Counted from the first letter of the stretch, positions 36,280 to 45,773 are shown. The stretch: DNA of 64,000 bases from an uncultured Solibacteraceae bacterium (GCA_963805775.1 CAWDWK010000008.1:33920-97919), one strand, 5' to 3'. The notes: generated by a model not told the origin, from the sequence alone. Program-made: numbers and translations.

Positions 36280-37022
36280 TTACTTCACTGCAATCGTCAC
36301 CGACTGCACGCCCTTGTACGGCTCCCCGCTCGCCGCCAAGTTGCGGCTGACCTCGCCCACGCTGAGCGTGAGCGCGACAATGCCAGACTGAGTCGCCGCC
36401 GGAATGCGAACGTTCACCTGCATCGCCCCTGTACTCCGGATTGACCGGTGCCTGCCACCGTGTGAATGATTCCGTCGGGCGTCACCTTGCGGACCCGCGC
36501 GAGAGGCCGCGTCGGCGCATATACAAATTGTTCGAACCGTCGACCGCGATACCCCAGGGAGCGATCTTCGCCGCCGCCGCCGATGCCCTCCGTCGCCGAT
36601 TCCCTGCCCTGAACCCGTGAACCCGGCCACCGTCGCCAGCGTCCCGTCCGCCGCAATCTTCCGCACCAGCGCGTGACTGGCCGAAAAGTACACCGTTCAC
36701 GCGCGAATCCACCGCCACACCTCGGGGACACGGCAGTGGAAACCGCGGGCGCACCGTCCGGCCCCGATTGAAAGACCCCGGTGCCCGCAACCGTCGAGAA
36801 TGACGCCGTCCGGCCCGACCTTGCGGATCCGCAACAGCCCCTCGTCGGCAATATAGACGATTGCCCGATCCATCCACCGCAAGCGAGATCGGATATTCGA
36901 GCCGTGCGAGAGTGGCCGGCCCGCCATCGCCCACCGATTGGAGTCAAGCGCACCGCGCCGCTTTGGCCGAAGGCCGTAGTCGCCATCAGCAACAACGCGG
37001 CCCTGAAACACCCCGATGACAT
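36280..37022 (-). pseudogene. NHL-repeat protein with a Solibacter-type C-terminal domain, reading frame broken about 8-9 times
   Basis: A signal peptide (MSSGCFRAALLLMATTAFGQ), three NHL-like units (GDGGPATLARLEYPISLAVDGSGNRLY / IADEGLLRIRKVGPDGVIL / TVAGTG...) and the tail MQVNVRIPAATQSGIVALTLSVGE...SVTIAVK are spread over track ORFs 36414..37022, 36482..36934, 36697..37011 and 36280..36693. Confidence 0.7.
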
Positions 37023-37029
37023 GCGCAGC

Positions 37030-37695
37030 CTACTTCGTCAACTCCGCCGGCACTTTGAGAAACTCGGCGGGAGCCAGCGCGCGATTCGTCATCCGCGCCT
37101 CCAGCACCGCGCCCTTGAAATAATCGCGCCGGTTGATCCGCGTGCCCACCGACGTCTGCCCCGCGCCCTGCGGCGCCAGATGCAGTTCCGCCGAGCCCTC
37201 CAGCACGCCGTCCACGTAGTTGCGATATGAGTTGCCGTCGTATACCGCCGCCGCGTGATGCCACGCCCCCAGTGTGTGCAGCTTCTCGCGATCCAGCAGC
37301 GCTTTCGATTCCTTGCCCGACAGCGCGAAGCTGTCCAGGCACCACTTGCCCTCGATCACGCGGATCTCAAACAGCATCCGCGTCTCCGTGCCGTTTTCCT
37401 GAAAGTGGAAGAATCGCTGCTCCGCCGCGCCACCCACGTCCGGCCGGAAAATCACCTCCCACGTGAATGTCTCCGCGCCCGCCAGCGGATGCACATTGAG
37501 AAACAGCGCGTCCTCCACGCCACCGAACTCCACCGCCTTACCGGCCAGCGTCGAAATCACCCGTGGATGTCCCTCCGCCTTCACCGCATGCCCGCCGATC
37601 TCCGTGATGCTGTCGAACTTCCACACATCGCTCCTCCTGTCCGCGCACCACACAAGCGCCGCCGCGCACACCGCAACCACAGCCGCGTGCCTCAT
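37030..37695 (-). CDS. secreted LamG-like (concanavalin A-like lectin/glucanase) domain protein
   Basis: 221-aa ORF with a signal peptide. LamG-like pattern (FTWEVIFRP..., WHHAAAVYDG...YVDG..., FKGAVLEARM). Start overlaps the stop of the upstream gene by 4 nt. Confidence 0.65.
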   Translation of the reverse strand: MRHAAVVAVCAAALVWCADRRSDVWKFDSITEIGGHAVKAEGHPRVISTLAGKAVEFGGVEDALFLNVHPLAGAETFTWEVIFRPDVGGAAEQRFFHFQENGTETRMLFEIRVIEGKWCLDSFALSGKESKALLDREKLHTLGAWHHAAAVYDGNSYRNYVDGVLEGSAELHLAPQGAGQTSVGTRINRRDYFKGAVLEARMTNRALAPAEFLKVPAELTK

Positions 37696-38234
37696 CGGTA
37701 GCTCTTGTCATCCACGTGGCTCAAATCCACGCCGTCCTTCAACACGCCGATAGTCACGAAGGCGAACGTGAACACGTTGGTCCCGGGCTCCAGATGCCCG
37801 CCGAACGCCTTCTCCGGCGTCGCCAGCATAATATGTGGGTGTATCGTGCCGTTGGAGATGAACCCGCTCATTCCGACAATATCAGCCGGCTCCGTGGGGT
37901 TTTTCACGAACATGTTCTTCGAGGGGAAGGTGCGATTGCTGACCTGGTGTACCTGATATCCGCGCACCGACCCCATCCCCGACAGAATGATCGCGTTCGA
38001 GATCTTCTCCTGCTTCACCATCTTCTGTAGTCCCGCCAGCAGGTCAGTATCGAACTTGAAGCGCAGCACCACCACGCGGTCGAACTGGGTGTTGGTCGCG
38101 TACACGTCAGGCACGTTATCGCTCAAGCCCTTCTTATCGTCCGCCGGATTCGCGGCCGCGTTGGTGACTTCGTGCCGGCTCTCCTGCCCCGCCGCCGTCA
38201 GCGTCACTATCAGAATCAACATCAGGCTTTTCAT
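37692..38234 (-). CDS. secreted PPC/DUF296-domain protein
   Basis: 180-aa ORF with a signal peptide. Core ...ILSGMGSVRGYQVHQV...HPHIMLATPEKAFGGHLEPG... resembles the PPC (DUF296) fold family. 4-nt overlaps with both neighbours. Confidence 0.6.
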   Translation of the reverse strand: MKSLMLILIVTLTAAGQESRHEVTNAAANPADDKKGLSDNVPDVYATNTQFDRVVVLRFKFDTDLLAGLQKMVKQEKISNAIILSGMGSVRGYQVHQVSNRTFPSKNMFVKNPTEPADIVGMSGFISNGTIHPHIMLATPEKAFGGHLEPGTNVFTFAFVTIGVLKDGVDLSHVDDKSYR

Positions 38235-39508
38235 GGCTTCCCTTTCTCAACACCCCTGGTGGATACCGCATACTTGGCCATCATGTAAGGAGTCTCCCAC
38301 GCCGGCAGCGACTTCGGCGAGGTCACGTATTCGAAGAAGCGATTGGTGACCTGTCCGAAATGCGCCTCGTGCCCCACGCGGAATTTCTCCGGCACCGCAA
38401 TCTTGATGTCCTCGCCGCTCTTCACCGCCGCCAGCCCCGGCCATCGCGTTTGCAGTGCCGCGACGCGTTTCTCCACCGCCGCCGCGACCTCCGCATTCGC
38501 CCCGGCGACGTAGACCTCAGGGACGAAGTGCTCCGCCTTGCCCTGGCGGATCTCCACACGCGATTTCGTGCCGAGGAACCTCGCCTCGTACACGTCGCCG
38601 CCCTCCGCCGCCTCCCAGTTCCACAGAATTTCCAGATCCACGTAGACACCGCGCAGCGTATACGCCACCGAGTTATTGCAGTAGTAATCCAGCACCCCGC
38701 CGTGTACGTGGCTCGCCAGCGCCGCCGGAAATTCGGCATCGCCGGTCACCCGCGTGAACTGCGCCTTGGTCATCTTCAACGGCCAGCGCCGCCCCGCGAG
38801 CACTTCGATATCCTTGCGGTAATCCAACGCCCGGTCGGGGAACGCCGTCCACTGCACCAGGTCCACCACGTGCGTACCCACATCGGCCAGTCCCTCGCCA
38901 TACTCATCGATATCGAAGAACCACGCCGGGCGCCGCAGCGGCGTGCCGGCCACCACCTTCATCACGTGATGTACGCTGCGCGCGTGCACCGCCGGCTCCC
39001 GCGCGCTGCCCGTCTCCAGCGTCCCGAACACGTCGCGATCGTTCACCAACTCCCGCTGCAGTTCGCTGGTGACTTCGTAGCGCTCGGTCATGATGTCGTA
39101 CGCCGCCAGATTCTTCCGCTGCGCCAGCGCCAGCGCCTCTTCCAGCTTCGGCATATCGGCCGCCGTAATGATCCACGGCTTATCGGCGAGCACGTTAAGA
39201 CCCGCCTTCAGCGCCGCCAGAATGCGATCGATCTTGCCGCGATTCCTCCCCGTGAACACCACGATGTTGCCCGCGTGCCCGCGCAGCATCTCCGCCATCG
39301 GGTCGTTGCTCGTATGTATGTCGAGCGCCCATCGGGTAGGGTTGTCGGCCCGCGAGTTGAACAGCGAGATGCGATTGAGGTAATCCAGCAGGTCCGACCC
39401 CAACGGTGCATACACCGTCACCCGCGGGTCCACCCAAGGATACATTTCCTTCTGTAGCAGCGTCGCGTGGAAATGCCCCGGATCCACAATGATCAGTTTC
39501 GATTGCAT
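38231..39508 (-). CDS. oxidoreductase-like protein (Gfo/Idh/MocA-related, putative oxidoreductase C-terminal domain family)
   Basis: From the first ATG: MQSKLIIVDPGHFHATLLQKEMY... The ORF stays open upstream through a signal-peptide-like stretch, so the true start may be GTG 39655. Confidence 0.65.
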   Translation of the reverse strand: MQSKLIIVDPGHFHATLLQKEMYPWVDPRVTVYAPLGSDLLDYLNRISLFNSRADNPTRWALDIHTSNDPMAEMLRGHAGNIVVFTGRNRGKIDRILAALKAGLNVLADKPWIITAADMPKLEEALALAQRKNLAAYDIMTERYEVTSELQRELVNDRDVFGTLETGSAREPAVHARSVHHVMKVVAGTPLRRPAWFFDIDEYGEGLADVGTHVVDLVQWTAFPDRALDYRKDIEVLAGRRWPLKMTKAQFTRVTGDAEFPAALASHVHGGVLDYYCNNSVAYTLRGVYVDLEILWNWEAAEGGDVYEARFLGTKSRVEIRQGKAEHFVPEVYVAGANAEVAAAVEKRVAALQTRWPGLAAVKSGEDIKIAVPEKFRVGHEAHFGQVTNRFFEYVTSPKSLPAWETPYMMAKYAVSTRGVEKGKP

Positions 39509-39707
39509 ATGGTTGCTTTGTGCCGCGAGTGCCCTAACCCCAATCAAAGCCGCTACCGTAAGTCCGAGAAGCTGTGGTAGGGCATGCTTCAGCTTGCCTC
39601 GCCCGCGTGCGGGCGCTCCAATCCGAGCCCAGACCGTGAGGCAGCAGTGCGCCACAATGGTGGGGCGGACCCCCTGGTCCGCGCGGGTCCCCCTGGACCC
39701 GCTCTTC

Positions 39708-40553
39708 CTATCTCTCGGGCTCATCGTAGTGCCGCAAACGCCGTATCCATATATTCCGGAAGTGCACCGGATTGTGATGGTCCTGCAGCGCCAGCGGTTC
39801 TTCCGCTCCATGCGCCGTGTAGGTCGCCACCTTGCGGTACACCATCGCCCCCATCACTTCCTTGTGATTGTGCATCAGCACGTTGTTCATGAATACCGTC
39901 TGATACGCCGGCTTCACCAGCTTCTCCCCGTCGAACCTCGGCGCTTCGAACACGATGTCGTAAACCTGCCACTCCCCCGGAGGACGTGCCGGATTCGCCA
40001 GCGGCGGCCACTGGCCGTAAATCGCCCCCGCCTGCCCGTCCGCGTAGGTCGGATTGTGGAAGGCATCCAGCACCTGTATCTCGTAGCGGCTCATGATCAG
40101 GATGCCGCTGTTGCCGCGCCCCTGGCTGGTTCCCTTCACGTCCGCCGGCTCGCTCCATTCCACGTGCAGTTGAATATCGCCGAACTTCTCCCGCGTGAAC
40201 AGGTCGCCGTTGCCGGCGCATTCGAAATATCCGTCCTTCACCGGCCACGTCGGCGCGATCAGTTTCCCGGCATCAGCGCCCTTGCCCATCTGCGCCCACC
40301 TCGAGAGATCCTTGCCGTCGAACAGCACCGTTGCGTCCGAGGGCGGCGCATAGGGCGTCGCACCCGGCGTGACCACCGGAGGATGCGGTCGGTCCGGATC
40401 GTGTACGTGCCATTTCATGCCGGGCAGGATCGGCGTATCGGTGAAGCCCAGGTCCCCGGGCTTCGATTGTTGCTGTTGTGCGGCCGCGGTCCAAAGCATC
40501 ATGGCGACGGCCGCGATTCCCAGTGAGATGCGGATTCCAGTTCGTAAAGTCAT
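39708..40553 (-). CDS. secreted DUF1080 (3-keto-disaccharide hydrolase-like) domain protein
   Basis: Start at MTLRTGIRISLGIAAVAMMLWTAAAQ. Blocks VLFDGKDLSRW, WPVKDGYF, FGDIQLHVEW, NSGILIMSRYEIQVLD and ALQDHHNPVHFRNIWIR are typical of DUF1080. Confidence 0.8.
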   Translation of the reverse strand: MTLRTGIRISLGIAAVAMMLWTAAAQQQQSKPGDLGFTDTPILPGMKWHVHDPDRPHPPVVTPGATPYAPPSDATVLFDGKDLSRWAQMGKGADAGKLIAPTWPVKDGYFECAGNGDLFTREKFGDIQLHVEWSEPADVKGTSQGRGNSGILIMSRYEIQVLDAFHNPTYADGQAGAIYGQWPPLANPARPPGEWQVYDIVFEAPRFDGEKLVKPAYQTVFMNNVLMHNHKEVMGAMVYRKVATYTAHGAEEPLALQDHHNPVHFRNIWIRRLRHYDEPER

Positions 40554-40615
40554 AGCGTGACGGTTACCAGCATAAAGGGACGCGCTTCTGCCCGCAATGG
40601 CGGTATTGTAGGCAT

Positions 40616-41467
40616 ATGCTCCGTACCCACGCCCTGGGCCTGTCACTGGTCACGCTGAGCGCCTTCCTGCTGGGCACGCTCGCCGCCGAGTCCCCGCAAC
40701 AACCCGCGCGCCCCCGCACCAAACGCGTCCTCGCCTGGGCCGACACCCTAACCTCGTTCCAGCACGATTCCATCTCCCACGCCCTGGCCACCATGGAGCG
40801 CCTCGGCCACGAGTCCGGCGCTTACGAAATGTACATCCGCACCGATTCGCAGCTCATCACCAAACAGCCCGTTCCCGCCCCCGCGCGCAATACGCGAAAC
40901 CTCAACTACTTCGACGCCATCTTCTTTTTCGGCACCGGCGACACCCTCAATGCACAGCAGAAGACCGACCTCATGTCGTTCATCAAGGAGGATGGCAAAG
41001 GCTTCGTCGGCGCCCACACCGGCGACGACGCCTTCTTCGAATGGCCCGAGTTCCTCGAAATGATCGGCGGCTATTTCGACGGCCACCCATGGAGCTCCTT
41101 CGACGCCCCCGTCATCGTCGAAGACCCCGCCTTCCCCGCCATGCAGCACTTCCCAGTCCGCTTCACCATCAAGGACGAAATCTACCAGCACAAGGATTTC
41201 TCGCGCGCCAAAGTGCGCGTCCTCGCCAGCCTCGATTCCAGCAAACTCGATTACACCAAGCCGAACATCCACCGCGAAGACAAGGATTTTCCCGTCGCCT
41301 GGGCCAAGATGTACGGCAAAGGCCGCGTCTTCTATTCCACCTTCGGCCACGCCCCCGAAACCTGGGACGACCCGCAAATTCAGAAAATGTATTTCGAAGC
41401 CACGCGTTGGGCCCTCCGCCTCACCGGCGACGACGTCACCCCCGGCAACGCCGTCCCCCGCAAGTAG
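40616..41467 (+). CDS. secreted ThuA-like domain protein
   Basis: 283-aa ORF with a signal peptide. FDAIFFFGTGD, GKGFVGAHTGDDAF, GGYFDGHPW, PVAWAKMYGKGRVFYSTFGH. Confidence 0.8.
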   Translation: MLRTHALGLSLVTLSAFLLGTLAAESPQQPARPRTKRVLAWADTLTSFQHDSISHALATMERLGHESGAYEMYIRTDSQLITKQPVPAPARNTRNLNYFDAIFFFGTGDTLNAQQKTDLMSFIKEDGKGFVGAHTGDDAFFEWPEFLEMIGGYFDGHPWSSFDAPVIVEDPAFPAMQHFPVRFTIKDEIYQHKDFSRAKVRVLASLDSSKLDYTKPNIHREDKDFPVAWAKMYGKGRVFYSTFGHAPETWDDPQIQKMYFEATRWALRLTGDDVTPGNAVPRK

Positions 41468-41473
41468 CCGCCA

Positions 41474-41536
41474 GTGGCGCACGCACTCGTGCGACGCACT
41501 CATGCGTGCCGCGTCGAGTCTCACTCAACGCCCGGA
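41474..41536. repeat. twin-hairpin repeat family 2, copy B (with a 12-13-nt internal duplication)
   Basis: GTGGCGCACGCACTCGTGCGACGCACTCATGCGTGCCGCGTCGAGTCTCACTCAACGCCCGGA. Same ends as copy A at 32778. Lies 7 nt after the ThuA-like stop. Confidence 0.75.
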
Positions 41537-41607
41537 GTTTGTACATTACTTCCAGATCCACGCTACATCCAATTTTCAGATTCCCGTCTTACCATGGAGG
41601 TCGGTCC

Positions 41608-42284
41608 ATGCGTATTCTGGTATCGAAGATGAACCCCGCATGGCGGAACTCATCCGCCAGGGGCTTTCCGAGGACGGGCATGTCGTGACCGTGGCGCTCA
41701 ACGGAAACGACGGCTTCGCCATGGCGCAACCCGGCGACTTCGATCTGCTGCTCCTCGACGTGATGCTGCCCGGCCTCAGCGGGCTCGAGATCGCCCGCCG
41801 CCTCCGCGCCCGCCTCGACCGCACGCCCATCCTCATGCTGACGGCGCGCGATTCCACCCGTGACATCGTGCACGGCCTCGATCTCGGCGCCGACGACTAC
41901 CTCACCAAGCCGTTCTCCTTCGATGTGCTGCTCGCGCGCGTGCGCGCCGCCGGACGCCGCGGCCCCATCGCCCAACCCGTATGGCTTACCGCCGCCGATC
42001 TCACCCTGAACCAGGGAACACGCGAGGTCTTCCGCGGCAGCCGCGCCATCGAACTCACCCGCACGGAGTACGCCATCCTGGAACTGCTCATGCGCAACGC
42101 CGGCCGCGTCCTGACTCGTGAAAGCCTGATCGAAAACATCTGGGGCGGCGATTCCGAAATCGAGAGCAACACCCTGGATGCCTTCGTGCGCCTGCTGCGC
42201 GCCAAAATCGAAACCCCCGGCGAGTCCCCCGTGCTCCGCACCGTACGCGGCGTCGGTTACTGCCTGCGCGCGGAGCGCGGATAA
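41608..42284 (+). pseudogene. OmpR-family response regulator with a frame break after codon 4-5
   Basis: GGAGG plus ATG 41608 gives MRILV. The rest (IEDEPRMAELIRQGL...DLLLLDVMLPGLSG...LMLTARD...GADDYLTKPF...RTVRGVGYCL) is in the frame of track ORF 41502..42284, which has no usable start codon of its own. Confidence 0.8.
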
Positions 42285-43646
42285 ATGCGCTTCTCCATCC
42301 GCCTGCGGCTCACCGCCTGGTACGCTGCGGCCCTGCTCGCCGGTCTCGCGCTGTTCGGTGCCGGCATGTGGGTCGCACTGGAACAACGCCTCGTCGCCGG
42401 CATAGACCTGCGGCTCGCGCAGCGCATTGCGGGCCTGCAAACCGCTCTTGGCCCCGACGCCGAAATCAAAAACCGCGCTCAGCTTCGCCAGGAACTCTCG
42501 GAGTTCGTTCGCGAAGTTCCCGACGGCAGCCTCGTCCAGTTGCGCGATTTCGCGGGCGCTCCGATCCTGCCTTTGCCGGGGCAGCCGGTCTTCCCGTCCT
42601 TCCGTCCGGGGCGCTCCGCCGTCGAAATCCAGGGGCGGCGCTTTCGCGTGGCATCGGGCTCCCTGACTGTCGCCGGTGAAACCTACACCGCGCTGGTTGC
42701 CCTCTCGCTCGATGAAGTGGGCGCCATCCTCGCCGACTTTCGCCGCCTCCTGTTGTGGATGATTCCCGCCGTACTCGCGCTAGCCTGCGTCGGCGGCTAC
42801 TGGCTCAGCTCCCGCGCCCTCGCGCCGGTGGATGCCATCACCAGCGTCGCCAAAACCATCGGCGTGCAGAATCTCTCCCGCCGGATCGCGTCGCCCCAAA
42901 CCGGCGACGAGTTGCAGCGCATGGCGGAAACCTGGAATGAAGTCCTGGACCGCCTGGAATCCGCCGTGCAGCGCATACGGCAGTTCACCTCCGACGCCTC
43001 GCACGAGCTGCGCACGCCCCTCACCTTGATTCGCGCCACAGCCGACCTCGCGCTCCGCCGCGAGCGTGAGCCTGAGGAATACCGCGCGTCCTTGCGCCAG
43101 GTCGCCGCCGAAGCGGAACACATGACCGCGCTCACCGAGCAGTTGCTCACCCTGGCCCGCGCCGATACACATGGCCTGGAAATGGCGTTGACTGCCACCG
43201 ATCTCAATCCGCTGGTGAATTCCGTGGCGGAGCAGAACGCGGCCCTGGCGCTGGAAAAGGGCGTCGCGCTGCATGCCCGCACCGCCGCCCAGCCCGCCGT
43301 AGCGGCCGCCGACGCCGCGGGACTGCGCCGCGTTCTGCTCATCCTCGTCGATAACGCGCTGAAGCATACCCCGGCGGGCGGCACTGTAACCCTATCGTCC
43401 GCCTGGGATGGCGATTCCGTTGTCCTGGCCGTCGAGGACACCGGAGAGGGCATTGCGGCGGAAGCATTGCCGCATCTCTTCGAGCGCTTCTACCGCGCCG
43501 ACGAGGCCCGAGGCAATGGCAACGGCAACGGATTCGGACTCGGCCTCGCCATCGCGCAGGCCATCGCCGCCGCGCACGGAACCAGAATCGTGGTGGAGAG
43601 CACCCCCGGCGCCGGCGCACGATTCTCGCTGGCCTTGAAGTCTTGA
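42285..43646 (+). CDS. sensor histidine kinase (2 TM, HAMP, HisKA, HATPase_c)
   Basis: The ATG directly follows the regulator's TAA. H-box SHELRTPLT, N-box VDNALKHT, G-boxes EDTGEGI and GLGLAIA. Confidence 0.85.
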   Translation: MRFSIRLRLTAWYAAALLAGLALFGAGMWVALEQRLVAGIDLRLAQRIAGLQTALGPDAEIKNRAQLRQELSEFVREVPDGSLVQLRDFAGAPILPLPGQPVFPSFRPGRSAVEIQGRRFRVASGSLTVAGETYTALVALSLDEVGAILADFRRLLLWMIPAVLALACVGGYWLSSRALAPVDAITSVAKTIGVQNLSRRIASPQTGDELQRMAETWNEVLDRLESAVQRIRQFTSDASHELRTPLTLIRATADLALRREREPEEYRASLRQVAAEAEHMTALTEQLLTLARADTHGLEMALTATDLNPLVNSVAEQNAALALEKGVALHARTAAQPAVAAADAAGLRRVLLILVDNALKHTPAGGTVTLSSAWDGDSVVLAVEDTGEGIAAEALPHLFERFYRADEARGNGNGNGFGLGLAIAQAIAAAHGTRIVVESTPGAGARFSLALKS

Positions 43647-43701
43647 GCGGTTTCACCAAATTTTCAGGTGCGGTTGCTAACGTGGGCACAGGAGAGTACA
43701 C

Positions 43702-44151
43702 ATGAAAGCAACGGTTCGCGTGATTTTGTCCTTCGCAGTCGCCGGCGCTCTCGTCATGGCGGCAAAGTCGCTCGCGGTGAAAGATCTGCCCGACGCGGTC
43801 CAAAAGACCGTCCAGGAGCAGGCCAAAGGCGCCGAAATCAAAAACATTTCCAAAGAGACCGAGAAGGGCGTCACGCAGTACGAAGTGGAAACCATAGCGA
43901 ACGGCAAGCACCGGGATTTCAACGTCGATACCAAAGGCACCCTGGTCGAAGTGGAGGAAGAGACCTCCATCGACAGCATTCCGGCGCCGGCGAAAGCGGC
44001 AATCCTGAAAAAAGTGGGCGATGGGAAACTCGGCATGGTCGAAACCATGACCAAAGGCAGCGCCACCATGTACGAAGCCGCCTATACCACCAAGGCCGGA
44101 AAGAAACTCGAAGTGCTCGTCAAGCCCGACGGCACCGCAACCAAAGACTGA
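43702..44151 (+). CDS. secreted PepSY-like domain protein
   Basis: 149-aa ORF with a signal peptide. Two repeats of the LP..V...I...A.I......G...YEV pattern (KDLPDAVQKTVQEQ...TQYEVE and SIPAPAKAAILKK...TMYEAA). Confidence 0.65.
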   Translation: MKATVRVILSFAVAGALVMAAKSLAVKDLPDAVQKTVQEQAKGAEIKNISKETEKGVTQYEVETIANGKHRDFNVDTKGTLVEVEEETSIDSIPAPAKAAILKKVGDGKLGMVETMTKGSATMYEAAYTTKAGKKLEVLVKPDGTATKD

Positions 44152-44235
44152 CGGCCTGCAAACCTCGACACGATGGCGCAACCCGGGCGCCGGCTAGGCC
44201 TCGGTATGGCATTCAACGTGCCGCCGTCACGGATT

Positions 44236-45126
44236 ATGCCATGGCGTCGCGTGCTCGTAGCCTTTTCGATTGTCACCCAGTTCATCGCGCAGGAGAATCC
44301 AGTCGCCACGTTTCGCACCGAGTCAAACCTCGTCTCGTTGAACGTGTCGGTTTTCGATCAGGAGGGTCGAGTTGTAAAGAGCCTCCCGCAAAGCGCATTT
44401 ACGGTGTTCGAGGACAACCAGAAACAACGGATCACGATCTTTCGCCAGGAAGACGTTCCGATATCGCTGGGACTGGTGATCGACAAGAGCGCCAGCATGT
44501 TAAACAAGCGGGATCGGGTGAATTCGGCCGCGCTCGCGATGGTGAAGGCTTCCAACCCCGATGACGAAGTCTGCGTGATCAGTTTCAGTGAAGAGGCGTT
44601 TGTAACGCAGGACTTCACGAGTGACGTGACGCGGCTTGAGAGCAGCTTGCGCAAGATGGAATCCAGGGGCGAGACGGCTATGCGCGATGCCCTGACGCTA
44701 GGGCTGGACTACCTGCGGGCCCACTCCAAGAAAGATAAGAAGGCGCTGCTGGTGATCACCGATGGCGAGGACAACAGCAGCATTCAGAAGCAGCAGAACC
44801 TGGTTCGCGCGGCACATCTGAGCAACGTGATCATCTACGGAATCGGCATTCTCGCCTCTGAGGGGCCGGCCAGTGCGCAACGCGCCAAGGCGTTGATGGA
44901 CGAGCTAACTCTGGCTACGGGTGGGCGTTCGTGGTTCCCCAACGACATTGCCGATATCGAGAAGATTACTCCCGAAATCGCCCATGAGATTCGAAACCAG
45001 TATGTGATTGGCTATACACCGGAGAACAGTGCGAACACCGGCGCGTTCCGGAGCATACGCGTCGAGGTGAATGTGCCGAACCTCACGGTCAGAACGCGTT
45101 CGGGGTATTATCCGCGCGGCCGATGA
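44236..45126 (+). CDS. VWA-domain protein (acidobacterial VWFA-related type)
   Basis: FRTESNLVSLNVSVFDQEGRVV...F.VFEDN..Q.I..F, then the VWA core ISLGLVIDKSASM...ALLVITDGEDNSS. Start is ATG 44236 (signal-like MPWRRVLVAFSIV) or 44173. Confidence 0.75.
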   Translation: MPWRRVLVAFSIVTQFIAQENPVATFRTESNLVSLNVSVFDQEGRVVKSLPQSAFTVFEDNQKQRITIFRQEDVPISLGLVIDKSASMLNKRDRVNSAALAMVKASNPDDEVCVISFSEEAFVTQDFTSDVTRLESSLRKMESRGETAMRDALTLGLDYLRAHSKKDKKALLVITDGEDNSSIQKQQNLVRAAHLSNVIIYGIGILASEGPASAQRAKALMDELTLATGGRSWFPNDIADIEKITPEIAHEIRNQYVIGYTPENSANTGAFRSIRVEVNVPNLTVRTRSGYYPRGR

Positions 45127-45225
45127 CTGTGCTGATGTTCTCAGTGGTATTGCAAGCGCTCCGAACCTGTGTCCTGGACTACGCCCGACATAACCAGGAA
45201 AAAAACACTCGGGAGTAATATCAAA

Positions 45226-45750
45226 ATGCCAATGAGATTGCCAATTTACACGGTTGCAATGCCGATCCTGGCCGCTTTTGCGTTTGCGCAGGACACACCG
45301 CCTGTCCAACCGAAGCAGCCCGCCGAAAGCGGCGCGCCTTCCAAGGCTGGGTCCGACCGTCCGCAGGAAGTGAAGACTCAGACGTACTCGGGGACCCTCA
45401 TAGACGCGTCGTGCGCCGGCTCGGGTTCGGCGGCTACGACGACCTCGGCCTCATCCACAGGTTCGACGGGTGGTTCCAAAGGTTCCACGGCTGCTACGTC
45501 ATCCGCAGACCGCTCCGCGGGATCCGGAAGCAATCCGGGTTGCGCCGTTGCCAGCAGTACGACCCAGTTCGCCCTGAAGACGAAGGATGGCAACACAGTG
45601 CGGTTCGACGACGTGGGAAATTCGCGCGTGCAGGAGGCCATGAAGACCCACAAGAAGTGGAGCGACTCCGCCTCCGCAAGTAAGGCGATCCACGTGAAAG
45701 CCAATGGAGTGTTGAACGGCGACAAGCTAACCGTGATATCGATCGACTGA
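45226..45750 (+). CDS. secreted hypothetical protein with a Ser/Thr/Gly-rich linker
   Basis: ATG 45226 after GGGAG. Signal peptide MPMRLPIYTVAMPILAAFAFAQ. Low-complexity stretch AGSGSAATTTSASSTGSTGGSKGSTAATSS. No family recognised. Confidence 0.55.
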   Translation: MPMRLPIYTVAMPILAAFAFAQDTPPVQPKQPAESGAPSKAGSDRPQEVKTQTYSGTLIDASCAGSGSAATTTSASSTGSTGGSKGSTAATSSADRSAGSGSNPGCAVASSTTQFALKTKDGNTVRFDDVGNSRVQEAMKTHKKWSDSASASKAIHVKANGVLNGDKLTVISID

Positions 45751-45773
45751 GGCGATCAGCAGAAATCGCGGCC

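Noticed and set aside
38231-39811. Full 526-aa version of the oxidoreductase-like ORF
   Set aside because: The first ~100 codons overlap the upstream DUF1080 gene or have atypical composition. Shorter starts (39508 or 39655) fit better.
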